From contig JANJTM010000024.1 in assembly GCA_024711125.1 (NCBI GenBank), forward strand, positions 1-15,971: a DNA stretch of 15,971 nucleotides. Reading direction: 5' to 3'. The translations under genes and the position numbers were made by a program. The stretch comes from Rhodothermales bacterium (GTDB taxonomy: Bacteria; Bacteroidota; Rhodothermia; Rhodothermales; UBA10348). Numbering within the stretch: position 1 is the stretch's first letter; every line of letters starts with the position of its first letter. The notes below the pieces were generated by a model, which searched no databases, was not told where the DNA came from, and saw nothing but the letters and a program-made list of their open reading frames with translations. This document shows, one piece after another, positions 1-7,793 of the stretch.

Positions 1-146
1 CCGCCGGCTCCCTTGTAGTCCGATCGCTCCCCGTCGTAGGAGGCCGTCTGCAGGTGCAGCCCGACCTGGAGTCGTTCCGGATCGAACTGGGCAGCGGCCG
101 GCAGGACGGCGGAAAGGAGCAGGGCCGGGAGCAGGAATCGACGCAT
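1..146 (-). CDS. 5' end of a secreted or outer-membrane protein gene; the ATG is at 146 and the gene continues past the window start
   Basis: The reverse complement of 1-146 begins ATG and translates to MRRFLLPALLLSAVLPAAAQFDPERLQVGLHLQTASYDGERSDYKGAG. This is a basic n-region, a hydrophobic core and an AxA-like cleavage site (AAAQ|F), then an alternating hydrophobic/polar pattern. It is too short to appear in the ORF track. It lies directly downstream of the cytochrome terminator on the same strand. Confidence 0.45.
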   Translation of the reverse strand, partial: MRRFLLPALLLSAVLPAAAQFDPERLQVGLHLQTASYDGERSDYKGAG

Positions 147-171
147 GGCGGTGCGGAGTGAATTGACCCAA

Positions 172-216
172 TATCGAAAAAATAAGGCGGCCCGACTCGC
201 TGGAGTCGGGCCGCCC
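172..216 (-). terminator. Rho-independent terminator for the cytochrome gene
   Basis: A perfect 13-bp stem GGCGGCCCGACTC (186-198), loop gctgg, and stem GAGTCGGGCCGCC (204-216). On the minus strand it is followed by TTATTTTTTCG (reverse complement of 172-184). It sits 44 bp downstream of the cytochrome stop at 260. Confidence 0.6.
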
Positions 217-259
217 TCTCGACACGCCGGATGTCATCGCCCGTGATCGGGCGAATCCG

Positions 260-2932
260 TCACTTCATCAGCACGATCGACCGTTCGAATACGCGGTTGC
301 CGGTGCGCATCCGCACGATGTAGAGGCCGCTCGTCAGCGAGCTGCCGTCCATCTGCACGGTGTGGCGGCCGGCCGCCATCGTCTCGTTCACGAGCGTCTG
401 GACCTGGCGGCCGAGGATGTCATACACCGTGATGGTGATGGCGCTCGTGGCCGGCACGTCGTAGGAGATCGTCGTGGTCGGGTTGAACGGGTTCGGATAG
501 TTCTGATTCAGGGCGAACTCGGTCGGCAGGCCGGTGGCCTCGTTGGCCACCGAAACGGCCGCGGCCGCTTCGGCCGACGCGACACCCTGGTTTCCGTTGA
601 AGTCGGTTGCAGTCACCACGTAGTAGTAGTAATTGCCCGCGACGACGGTATTGTCGACGTAGGTCGGATCGGTGACGGTCGCGAGCGGAGTCGTCGGGGA
701 GAAGCCCGAGGTCGTTCCGCGGTAGACCGAGAAGAACTTGAAGTCGGCGTCGACCGGGTCGTCCCAGGTCAGCGTCACGCTGGATGCCGTCGCGTCGACG
801 ACCATGCCCGTCGGGGCCGACGGGGCGAGGTTGTCGGTCGACTGGCCCGCCATCGGGTTCGACATGGCCACGGCGCCCGAGCGCGTGTGGCCGGTCACCA
901 TGTACTCGGTGGCCGTGCCGTCGCCAAGGGTCGGAACGATGGCCGAGTAGTTCTCGAGCCGGGCGGCGGGCTGCTGGCCCACGGCCGTCCAGACTTCACC
1001 GGCGAGGTCGATCGCCATGCCCGCGGCTTCGCCTTCGACCTTGTCGAGCGTCGAGAGGTTGCCCTTGCCGGCGATGTTGTCCTTGCGCCAGATGTAGTAG
1101 GTCAGCACGGGGTCTTCGGCCACGCCGTCGCCGCCGAACTTCGACCACACGACCTGGACCTGCCGGCCCTGGTCGTTCGGAACGTCCAGCACGCTGGCGA
1201 TGGCACCCGGGGCGAGCACGCCGCCCTGGAGGGCACGCAGCGTCAGCTGGATGAGACCGACGGCATACTGGTAGTTGTGCATGCCCTCGGAATTGTCCTC
1301 GTGGACGTAGTTGTAGTTGAACGCGGCCTGCTTCTGGATCCGGGTGTAGCTGTTGGTCACGGTGAAGGTCGGGACACCGATCGGCGGAAGCAGCATGGCG
1401 ACCTGGTCCATCAGGCCGTGCAACTCATCGATGGCTGCCTCGACCGTCTTGTCGCCGTCGTAGTCGTAACGAGCCTGGATGTCGTGGAACGACTCCATCT
1501 CGCCGTGGCAGCGTTCGCACGCCGCGACGTTGTTGACGACCGCTCCGTTCACGAGCGCCTGCACGCCGAACGAGTGGCTGCCCAGCAGATTCTTTCCGGC
1601 GTCGTCCGAGGTCGGCGTCTCGTACATGTGGCAATCGACGCACGAGTTCTCGAGCGCGTCGCGGTGCGTCGAGCTCGGGATGTAGTACCCGAAGTTGTTG
1701 GCGACGTTATTGGCCGCCAGCATGTCGACCTGCGCCGAGCGGTGCGGATCCTGGCGGGTGCCGCCCGTTTCGACCTGGATGGCACCCGTGCGGCGAGCCT
1801 TGTGGCAGTTCATGCAGAGACGGCCCTTGCCGCCCCACTGGACCACGGTCCCGTCGATCAGCGTCACGTCGGCCACCGAGCGCAACTGGTTCGGATTGGC
1901 CGCGTCGTGCGGGTCGTGGCAGGCCGCGCACGTGATGGGCTCGCCGGTCCCGACCTTCTGATCGAGATTGGACAGCGGGTCGATCTTCGCGATGAAGCCC
2001 CACGTGGAGTGGCACTCGGCGCACGATGCACTGGTTCCGCGAGCAAAGGAGGCTCCCGTCGCGTGAATCGAGTTCTTCCACTGCAGCACGTACACGTGGT
2101 GCGTGCCCGAGTCGTGGCACTGCGCGCAGACCGCCGTTTCCACCGAGATGTCGGTGAAGTTGACGTCGCCCTTGTGCTCGGAGCCCGGTCCGTGGCAGGA
2201 TTCGCACTGGATCTGGGTCTTGGCCGCCAGCGCCGGGAAATTGTCGACGATGTTCTGCCAGTCGCCCGGTGCCGGATGCGACGGGAACGCCCAGCCGAGT
2301 TCGCGCTGCACGTCATCGAAGCCGCCGTTGTTCGCCGACGGATCGGTGTTGTACCCGAGCACGTGGCAGCTCAGGCAGCGCTCCATGAAGTGGTCGGTCG
2401 AGATGCCGTCGATCGCCAGCGTGAACGCGTGCGAGTGGTTCGTCGCTTCCCAGTCGACCGTGTTGTCGACGTGGCAGCCCGCGCACTGTCCGTTGCGGAA
2501 GTTCGGGTTCTGACCGGCGATCGAGCCCACGCCGACGTATTCGGCCGCCTTGACCTTGATCGAGGTCGAGGCGGGACCCGCGGCGGTCGTGATCGTCAGG
2601 TTGACGGTGTATTCACCGGCATCCATCGGGCGGAACGTGGTCCATTCCTGGCCCTGCGTGTCCGGCGCGACGGCGCCGCCGGTCGGCCCGGTGATCGACC
2701 ACTCGAACGCGGTAATGGCCTCGCCGCCCGCGTTCGAGCCCCGGAGATAGACGGTTTCGCCCTTGCCGACCACGTCGAGGCCGGACGAGGGCTTGGTGGT
2801 CCAACCGCGGTCGGCGAGATCGCGCGGGCTCATGCCCACGATCTTGATCCGGGCGGCCGGAACCATCTCGATGACGAACTGCGTGGCAGCCACCGCGAAG
2901 AGTGCGGCAACAAGCAGTATCAGTCGTTTCAT
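260..2932 (-). CDS. Nine-heme c-type cytochrome with a signal peptide, an FN3 domain and a T9SS (Por) C-terminal sorting domain
   Basis: ATG verified at 2930-2932 on the minus strand, giving MKRLILLVAALFAVAATQF as the signal peptide. The 966-aa track ORF carries 76 extra upstream residues that are unlikely to be real. Nine CxxCH motifs are present: CAGCH, CLSCH, CESCH, CAQCH, CAECH, CAACH, CMNCH, CVDCH and CERCH. An FN3-like segment follows (SVTLTWDDPVDADFKFFSVYRG...YYYVVTATDFNGNQG). The C-terminus NQNYPNPFNPTTTISYDVPATSAITITVYDILGRQVQTLVNE...SGLYIVRMRTGNRVFERSIVLMK matches the Por secretion tail consensus (TIGR04183-like). Confidence 0.9.
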   Translation of the reverse strand: MKRLILLVAALFAVAATQFVIEMVPAARIKIVGMSPRDLADRGWTTKPSSGLDVVGKGETVYLRGSNAGGEAITAFEWSITGPTGGAVAPDTQGQEWTTFRPMDAGEYTVNLTITTAAGPASTSIKVKAAEYVGVGSIAGQNPNFRNGQCAGCHVDNTVDWEATNHSHAFTLAIDGISTDHFMERCLSCHVLGYNTDPSANNGGFDDVQRELGWAFPSHPAPGDWQNIVDNFPALAAKTQIQCESCHGPGSEHKGDVNFTDISVETAVCAQCHDSGTHHVYVLQWKNSIHATGASFARGTSASCAECHSTWGFIAKIDPLSNLDQKVGTGEPITCAACHDPHDAANPNQLRSVADVTLIDGTVVQWGGKGRLCMNCHKARRTGAIQVETGGTRQDPHRSAQVDMLAANNVANNFGYYIPSSTHRDALENSCVDCHMYETPTSDDAGKNLLGSHSFGVQALVNGAVVNNVAACERCHGEMESFHDIQARYDYDGDKTVEAAIDELHGLMDQVAMLLPPIGVPTFTVTNSYTRIQKQAAFNYNYVHEDNSEGMHNYQYAVGLIQLTLRALQGGVLAPGAIASVLDVPNDQGRQVQVVWSKFGGDGVAEDPVLTYYIWRKDNIAGKGNLSTLDKVEGEAAGMAIDLAGEVWTAVGQQPAARLENYSAIVPTLGDGTATEYMVTGHTRSGAVAMSNPMAGQSTDNLAPSAPTGMVVDATASSVTLTWDDPVDADFKFFSVYRGTTSGFSPTTPLATVTDPTYVDNTVVAGNYYYYVVTATDFNGNQGVASAEAAAAVSVANEATGLPTEFALNQNYPNPFNPTTTISYDVPATSAITITVYDILGRQVQTLVNETMAAGRHTVQMDGSSLTSGLYIVRMRTGNRVFERSIVLMK

Positions 2933-3226
2933 TTGGAAAAGTGCTCCCGGCAGGAAATGCCTTGGCCCTGCCGTCAATGATACTTGGATGGGCCCTCTCA
3001 CCGAGTCTTGCGTCTCGCCGGGGGCGTTCTTGACGTTCCAGCGCCCGCGGACCCGGCATTCCGGGCGATCCGCGCGCGCGGGATCGTCGGGAACAAGGAT
3101 AGGAGCCGACGGGCCCGGAAAGCCCCGGCATTCGTCCGATTTGGGTGTCGGCTGACCCATGCTCCGCGGTGAGAGATAAAACCCGGGGGAGCATGAAGCA
3201 ATGGATTACAACGCGAGTAGCCTTTT

Positions 3227-3244
3227 CCTTACATGCGTGTAAGG
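3227..3244. promoter_or_regulatory. Inverted repeat CCTTACA-tgcg-TGTAAGG in the divergent intergenic region
   Basis: Read directly from the sequence. It lies in the relatively AT-rich 435-bp intergenic region between the cytochrome start (2932, minus) and the hypothetical gene (3368, plus). An inverted repeat of this size is expected by chance in a window this long, so the support is weak. Confidence 0.2.
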
Positions 3245-3304
3245 GCGCGGTAGGTGCCACCTCCCGGATCGATGCGGAAAGTCCTGAAAAACACCAAAAT
3301 GACC

Positions 3305-3324
3305 TGTGACAAATCGTTGTCACA
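3305..3324. promoter_or_regulatory. Candidate operator, a 20-bp perfect palindrome TGTGACAA-atcg-TTGTCACA
   Basis: 8-bp perfect arms with a 4-bp spacer. It sits 44-63 bp upstream of the ATG at 3368 and about 370 bp upstream of the divergent cytochrome gene. It has TGTGA/TCACA half-sites like CRP/FNR-type sites, but with different spacing. Confidence 0.35.
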
Positions 3325-3367
3325 TCCCTTGCGATATGTTGCCGTCGACACTGAAACACGCACCGCC

Positions 3368-3982
3368 ATGACCGCTCCGTCCACCCGACCCACCGTCGCC
3401 GACCTGCTCCGGCTGCGCCGTTCCGCGCCTCGTACCCGCGCGGTCCACCTCGCCACGCCCGGCCCCGAAGGCATGCTGTCCGAATCCCTTTCGCGCGCCG
3501 TCGCGCCGGGCGTGCGCGTGCTGCGTCGCACGGTCGTGGAGACTCCCGCGGGACGCAGCCATGTTCCGCTCGTTCTGGAATCGGCCGGTCGGCGCATCGC
3601 GGTCCTTCCGGACGACGCGGCCGGGCCCGCTTCGGCAGAGGACGCGGCCATGATCCTGGTCTTCGGCGTGTTCGACGTCGTCTACCGGGTGCGGCGCCGG
3701 GCCCTGCTCGGCGACGTACCCGGCGTGGCAGCCGAGATTGCGGGGCAGGAGCCGACGCTGTTCGACGACGAATCGCGCCGCGCAATGCGCCTGTGCGCGT
3801 TGCCGCGCAAGGCCGGGGCAACGGCCTCGGATCGTCCACCGGTCCGTCCCGCGGCGGGTTCGTCGATGGTGGACGTGCGCGTGATGCGGCTGAAGTGCCC
3901 GACCGAGTGGGCCGACGCCTTCGAAATGGCGATGCGGTCGGTCGAAGCGACGCGGGCCCCCCTCTTTGCGCGCAGCGCCTGA
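3368..3982 (+). CDS. Hypothetical protein of about 204 aa with no recognisable domain
   Basis: An ORF with strongly GC-biased third codon positions throughout (MTAPSTRPTVADLLRLRR...FEMAMRSVEATRAPLFARSA). The track begins it at 3254, but that extension covers the AT-richer palindrome region, so the ATG at 3368 is preferred. It converges on the flotillin stop with a 9-bp gap. The antisense 549-aa ORF 2613..4262 is Arg/Pro-rich junk. Confidence 0.5.
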   Translation: MTAPSTRPTVADLLRLRRSAPRTRAVHLATPGPEGMLSESLSRAVAPGVRVLRRTVVETPAGRSHVPLVLESAGRRIAVLPDDAAGPASAEDAAMILVFGVFDVVYRVRRRALLGDVPGVAAEIAGQEPTLFDDESRRAMRLCALPRKAGATASDRPPVRPAAGSSMVDVRVMRLKCPTEWADAFEMAMRSVEATRAPLFARSA

Positions 3983-3991
3983 TCGGATCGG

Positions 3992-5227
3992 CTAGTCCCC
4001 GGTCTCCCCGCGTTCCTGCGACGCACGGCTGAGCAGGCCCGCGATGTCGATGCCCGTGGTTGCCTTCAGCGATTCGAGAAGCGCCGGGGTCGAGCCCGCG
4101 ATCTGGTTGAATACGGCGGGAACGCCCTGTCCCTGTCCCGAATCGACCACCGTCAACTTGTCGATCTTGAGGTTGTCGACGGTCTTGATGACCTCCTTCA
4201 GGATGTCGGGGAGCATCTGGAGCAGGAAGAGCCGCTCGGCGTCCGGCCCGGCCTGGCGCCACAGTTCGAGCTTGCGCGTGAGAATTTCGACCTCGGCGAG
4301 ACCGTCCTGGGCGATGCGGGCGGCGTTGCCCTTCGCGGTCTCTTCCTTGGCCTTGCGCTCGGCCTCGGCGACGACGACAACCTCGGCGTGCGTGCGCTTC
4401 TCGGCCAGCGCGATTTCCTGCTTGGCGAGTTCCTGCTCGGCGGTCGCCTTGGCGACCTGGCCGGAAACCTCCACACGGGCTTCTTCGGCTTTCGCCTTCG
4501 CGTCGAGCTGGGCTTTCAGGATGCGCACGTCGGTCTGCGCCTGCGCGATCGCGCGGTCGGCATCGGCCTCGGCCAGCTTGGCCTGCTGGCGCATCTGCGC
4601 TTCGACGACTTCGGCCGCGGCGATGATGTTCGCGGTACTCTGGCGTCCGATGGCGTTCAGGTACCCCCGGTCGTCCTCGACGCTCTGGATCTTGAGCGTG
4701 TCGAGCTGAAGCCCGAGAGCGCCCAGGTCGTTGTCGGCCTCCTCGACCAGCACCTTCGCGAACTTGAGCCGGTCCTCGTTCACCTCCTCGGGCGTCAGTG
4801 TCGCGCAGACGCCGCGGAGGTTTCCCTCGAGCGTCTCCTTGGCAATGGTCTGGATCTCCTCGAGCGGCTTTGCCAGCAGGCGTTCGACCGCGTTGTTGAG
4901 CTCGGTCTCGTTCGACGAGATCTTGACGTTGGCGATCGCCTTGACCGTGAGAGGGATTCCGCCCTTCGAATAGGCGTTCGACACGGTGAGATCTATCGGA
5001 ATCGTCGTGAGCATCAGCCGGTCGACCTTTTCGATGATCGGAATGCGGAATCCGCGCCCACCCCGGATCACCCGGTACCCCACCTGGCTTCCGTCGGAAA
5101 GCCGCCGCTTGCGGCCGCTGAAAATGAGGACCTCGTTCGGCTGGCAGATCTTCAGATTGGCGCGCACGATGCCGAGCACGGCCAGAAATCCGAGGATCAG
5201 GATGGCCGGTACGACGAAGAGTTCCAT
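3992..5227 (-). CDS. floT: Flotillin-like SPFH/band-7 protein (FloT/YuaG family)
   Basis: An N-terminal membrane anchor (MELFVVPAILILGFLAVLGIV), an SPFH domain, then a long Ala/Glu/Lys-rich coiled-coil (AEQELAKQEIALAEKRTHAEVVVVAEAERKAKEE). The ATG at 5225-5227 is verified, and GGAGG lies 9 nt upstream. Confidence 0.9.
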   Translation of the reverse strand: MELFVVPAILILGFLAVLGIVRANLKICQPNEVLIFSGRKRRLSDGSQVGYRVIRGGRGFRIPIIEKVDRLMLTTIPIDLTVSNAYSKGGIPLTVKAIANVKISSNETELNNAVERLLAKPLEEIQTIAKETLEGNLRGVCATLTPEEVNEDRLKFAKVLVEEADNDLGALGLQLDTLKIQSVEDDRGYLNAIGRQSTANIIAAAEVVEAQMRQQAKLAEADADRAIAQAQTDVRILKAQLDAKAKAEEARVEVSGQVAKATAEQELAKQEIALAEKRTHAEVVVVAEAERKAKEETAKGNAARIAQDGLAEVEILTRKLELWRQAGPDAERLFLLQMLPDILKEVIKTVDNLKIDKLTVVDSGQGQGVPAVFNQIAGSTPALLESLKATTGIDIAGLLSRASQERGETGD

Positions 5228-5262
5228 GGCGTTGGCGCCTCCGGCGCGCTGGGAGATGGATC

Positions 5263-5856
5263 CTATTCCGGTTTTACCACTTCGGCGACTCGCCCGTCGA
5301 TGCGGATCACGACGACCTCGTCGCCCGGTGCGAACGTCTCGGACGCGTCGTCCGAAAGCGACCTGGCGAGAAGCTGCAGCCGTTGTCCCCTGGCCTCGAG
5401 CAGGATCTTGCCGCGCTCGGCACCTTCGAAGGGAACGAGGACGCGGGCCGTCCGCCCTGCGAGCTCCTGCAGGCCCACGCTGCTCGTCACCTGCTCGTAG
5501 GCGAACCGCTTGATCGCGTAGTTTCCGCCCAGGCCCACGATCAGGCCGGTCAACGTCGCGAGGACCGCGGTGAGCGGTTCGGTCGTGTCGAGCCAGGAGA
5601 GCGCCGAACCGGTCAGGCCGAAAAAGGCCGCGAAGAGGAACAGCGCGCGAAGCGAGAACAGGTCGACGAAATCGGGACCGTCGTGGCCGGCGTCGAGGCC
5701 GTGGTCGAGATGGACGTCGTGGTCGGGCGATTCGCCCGCATCGGCGTCGACCTCGGCGTCGGCGTCAGCGTCAGACGAGCCCCCGCTCCCGCCGAAGATC
5801 GACAGCAGCACGAAGAACCCCCCGACGATCAGGCAGACCAGGTATACCGATTCCAT
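5263..5856 (-). CDS. nfeD: NfeD-family membrane protein (YuaF-like), the partner of flotillin
   Basis: N-terminal transmembrane helices (MESVYLVCLIVGGFFVLLSIFGG ... LFLFAAFFGLTGSALSWL) and a C-terminal beta-rich OB-fold-like segment (RVLVPFEGAERGKILLEARGQRLQLLAR...GDEVVVIRIDGRVAEVV). It lies immediately upstream of flotillin on the same strand, which is the classic nfeD-flotillin pair. The track start at 5898 is a TTG codon; the ATG at 5854-5856 is preferred. Confidence 0.85.
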   Translation of the reverse strand: MESVYLVCLIVGGFFVLLSIFGGSGGSSDADADAEVDADAGESPDHDVHLDHGLDAGHDGPDFVDLFSLRALFLFAAFFGLTGSALSWLDTTEPLTAVLATLTGLIVGLGGNYAIKRFAYEQVTSSVGLQELAGRTARVLVPFEGAERGKILLEARGQRLQLLARSLSDDASETFAPGDEVVVIRIDGRVAEVVKPE

Positions 5857-5949
5857 GCGAGCAGCCCGCCGGATGAACGGCGCATGATAGATCCCCAAGC
5901 GCTCGGAATCAAAGCGAGATAGCCGTATCGGGGGGTCGGGGACTTCCCG

Positions 5950-6309
5950 TCAGGATCCGGTCCCGACGGGGGTCACGGCGGCGCGGTCCTCCTCGCCGGT
6001 GCGGATGCGGTACACTTTTTCCACCGGAAGTACGAAGATCTTGCCGTCGCCGACGTCCCCGGTGCGCGCGGCACGAAGAATGGCCTGGACCGTGGGCTCG
6101 ACGAACGGGTCCGAAACGCCGATGTCGAGTTGCACCTTGTCGGCCAGCTCCCTGCGCACCGTGGTTCCACGGTAGGTCTCCTCGGCTTCGCGTTCCCCGC
6201 CGTGACCGCGGACGCGGGAGACGGTGAATCCGCGCACGTCGGCCTCGAACAGCGCGAAGAGCACGTCCGTCAGCTTCTCGGGCCTGATGATGGCCTTGAC
6301 GAGTTTCAT
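5950..6309 (-). CDS. glnK: Nitrogen regulatory protein PII (GlnK)
   Basis: MKLVKAIIRPEKLTDVLFALFEADVRGFTVSRVRGHGGEREAEETYRGTTV...GDGKIFVLPVEKVYRIRTGEEDRAAV follows the PII pattern, including a T-loop Tyr. ATG at 6307-6309 verified. It starts 20 bp after the amtB stop. The longer track ORFs 5909..6832 and 5950..6711 are Arg-rich 5' read-through. Confidence 0.9.
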   Translation of the reverse strand: MKLVKAIIRPEKLTDVLFALFEADVRGFTVSRVRGHGGEREAEETYRGTTVRRELADKVQLDIGVSDPFVEPTVQAILRAARTGDVGDGKIFVLPVEKVYRIRTGEEDRAAVTPVGTGS

Positions 6310-6329
6310 GGGTCGTAGCGGAATGGGTT

Positions 6330-7616
6330 TCAGGCGGCCGCCCGGACTGCGGGAGCCGGATTCGAGGATTCGAGAACGAGCACCGCACCCTCCCCGTCGG
6401 AGTAGGCCTCTTCGCCGTGCAGCGCCACGTCCAGGCCCTGCGCCTCCTGGCGGGGGCTGACGCGAATCGAGGTGATGCGCCGAAGGGCGAAGACGATGAG
6501 CGCCGAGACGGTCGCGCTGTACAGGAAGACGGCGGCGATCGACAGCGCCTGGACGGCGAGTTGCGACGGATTGCCGTGGAGCAGTCCGTCGTACGAACCG
6601 TTCCACGCCGGGTCGGCGAAGACGCCGACGAGCAGGGCGCCCACGATCCCGCCGACGCCGTGGGCCGCGAACACGTCCAGCGAGTCGTCGAGGCGGGTGC
6701 GGGCCCGCCATACCAGCGCGAAGTGGCTGGGGGCCGCGGCGATCGCGCCGATGGCAAGTGCGGATACGGGAGAAACGAGGCCGGCCGCCGGCGTAATCGC
6801 CACGAGCCCGACCACGGCGGCGGTGGCGGCACCTACCGCCGTGACCCTCCCCGTCCTCACGGTATCGAGGAGCATCCAGACCAGGATCGTGGCCGACGGG
6901 GCGAGCAGCGTATTGACGAAGGCGAGGACGGCCAGGCGGTCAGCCGCGAGCGCCGACCCTCCGTTGAAGCCGAACCATCCGAACCAGAGCAGCCCGGCGC
7001 CGAGCACCACGAACGGCACGTGGTGCGGAAGAAGTGCGAGGCGGCCGTAGTCCGTTCGGGGCCCGAGAGTGCGCGCCAGCACCCACGCGGCGGCGGCGGC
7101 GTTCACGTGGACCACGGCGCCACCGGCGAAATCGAGTGCGCCGAGCGAGGCGATCCAGCCTCCGCCCCAGACCCAGTGGCAGACCGGGGCATAGACGAAG
7201 AGGCCCCAGAGGGCGATGAATGCGACGTACGGACCGAATCGGATGCGTTCGACCACGGCGCCGGAGATCAGGGCGGCCGTGATCACGAAAAAGGTGCCTT
7301 GGTATGCCATGAAGAGGAGGTGGGGCACCGTTCCGCGCGCTTCGAGATCTACCCCGTCGAGAAAAGCCATCGAGAAGTCGCCGATCCATGCGGAGCCCGT
7401 GCCGAAGGCGAGGGAGTACCCGACGGTCACCCAGGTGACCAGCGAAACCCCCAGGGCCACGAAACTCATCATCATGGTGTTGAGCATGTTCTTCGCACGG
7501 ACCAGGCCGCCGTAGAACAGGGCGAGCGCCGGGGTCATGAGCAGGACCAGGCCGGCCGACACGAGCACCCAGACGATATCGGCTCCGGAAAGCGCGGATG
7601 GAACGGTTGTAGGCAT
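6330..7616 (-). CDS. amtB: Ammonium transporter (Amt family)
   Basis: A 428-aa polytopic membrane protein with Amt hallmarks (FYGGLVRAKN, MAFLDGVD, GAVVERIRFG, DFAGGAVVHVNAAAAAW, AHGVGGIVGALLVGVFA). ATG verified at 7614-7616. It is co-directional with glnK and directly upstream of it. Confidence 0.95.
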   Translation of the reverse strand: MPTTVPSALSGADIVWVLVSAGLVLLMTPALALFYGGLVRAKNMLNTMMMSFVALGVSLVTWVTVGYSLAFGTGSAWIGDFSMAFLDGVDLEARGTVPHLLFMAYQGTFFVITAALISGAVVERIRFGPYVAFIALWGLFVYAPVCHWVWGGGWIASLGALDFAGGAVVHVNAAAAAWVLARTLGPRTDYGRLALLPHHVPFVVLGAGLLWFGWFGFNGGSALAADRLAVLAFVNTLLAPSATILVWMLLDTVRTGRVTAVGAATAAVVGLVAITPAAGLVSPVSALAIGAIAAAPSHFALVWRARTRLDDSLDVFAAHGVGGIVGALLVGVFADPAWNGSYDGLLHGNPSQLAVQALSIAAVFLYSATVSALIVFALRRITSIRVSPRQEAQGLDVALHGEEAYSDGEGAVLVLESSNPAPAVRAAA

Positions 7617-7692
7617 TGGATGACCAAGGAAATAAGGACAAGGGCCGCTCGTAGCTTACGAAGTAATGATGATGTGCGCTATGGACGTGCTT

Positions 7693-7709
7693 TCGGAAAG
7701 CGCTTCCGA
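7693..7709. promoter_or_regulatory. Palindrome TCGGAA-agcgc-TTCCGA in the amtB/ddrA-like divergent intergenic region
   Basis: 6-bp arms. The centre, AAGCGCTT, is itself an 8-bp perfect palindrome. It lies about 80 bp upstream of the amtB ATG on the minus strand. Confidence 0.25.
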
Positions 7710-7731
7710 CTCGGGAAAATTTAATTCGGAG

Positions 7732-7751
7732 TATGACAGAATGATGTCATA
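7732..7751. promoter_or_regulatory. Candidate operator, a 20-bp palindrome TATGACA-gaatga-TGTCATA
   Basis: 7-bp perfect arms with a 6-bp spacer in an AT-richer 177-bp divergent intergenic region. It lies 43 bp upstream of the ATG at 7794 and about 115 bp upstream of the amtB ATG. Confidence 0.35.
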
Positions 7752-7793
7752 TACCCGCGGCTATCCTGTGCCCGCAACACACCGAGCCCCCCG

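Noticed and set aside
362-2980. 872-aa plus-strand ORF antisense to the cytochrome gene, together with nested ORFs at 738-950, 784-1254, 1707-2207, 1864-2316 and others
   Set aside because: It is Arg/Gly/Asp/His-rich low-complexity translation, typical of antisense frames in a roughly 68% GC genome. It is entirely overlapped by a gene with strong domain evidence.
2613-4262. 549-aa minus-strand ORF spanning the intergenic region and the hypothetical gene
   Set aside because: It is Arg/Pro/Gly-rich junk with no start context. It crosses an AT-richer non-coding stretch and is antisense to a frame with better codon bias.
7760-7780. Sigma-54-like element GGGCACAGGATAGC upstream of amtB
   Set aside because: Only GG-N10-GC and GGCAC match. 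The -12 box is TAGC rather than TTGC and it lies more than 140 nt from the ATG. This is too weak to call, so it is mentioned only inside a finding.
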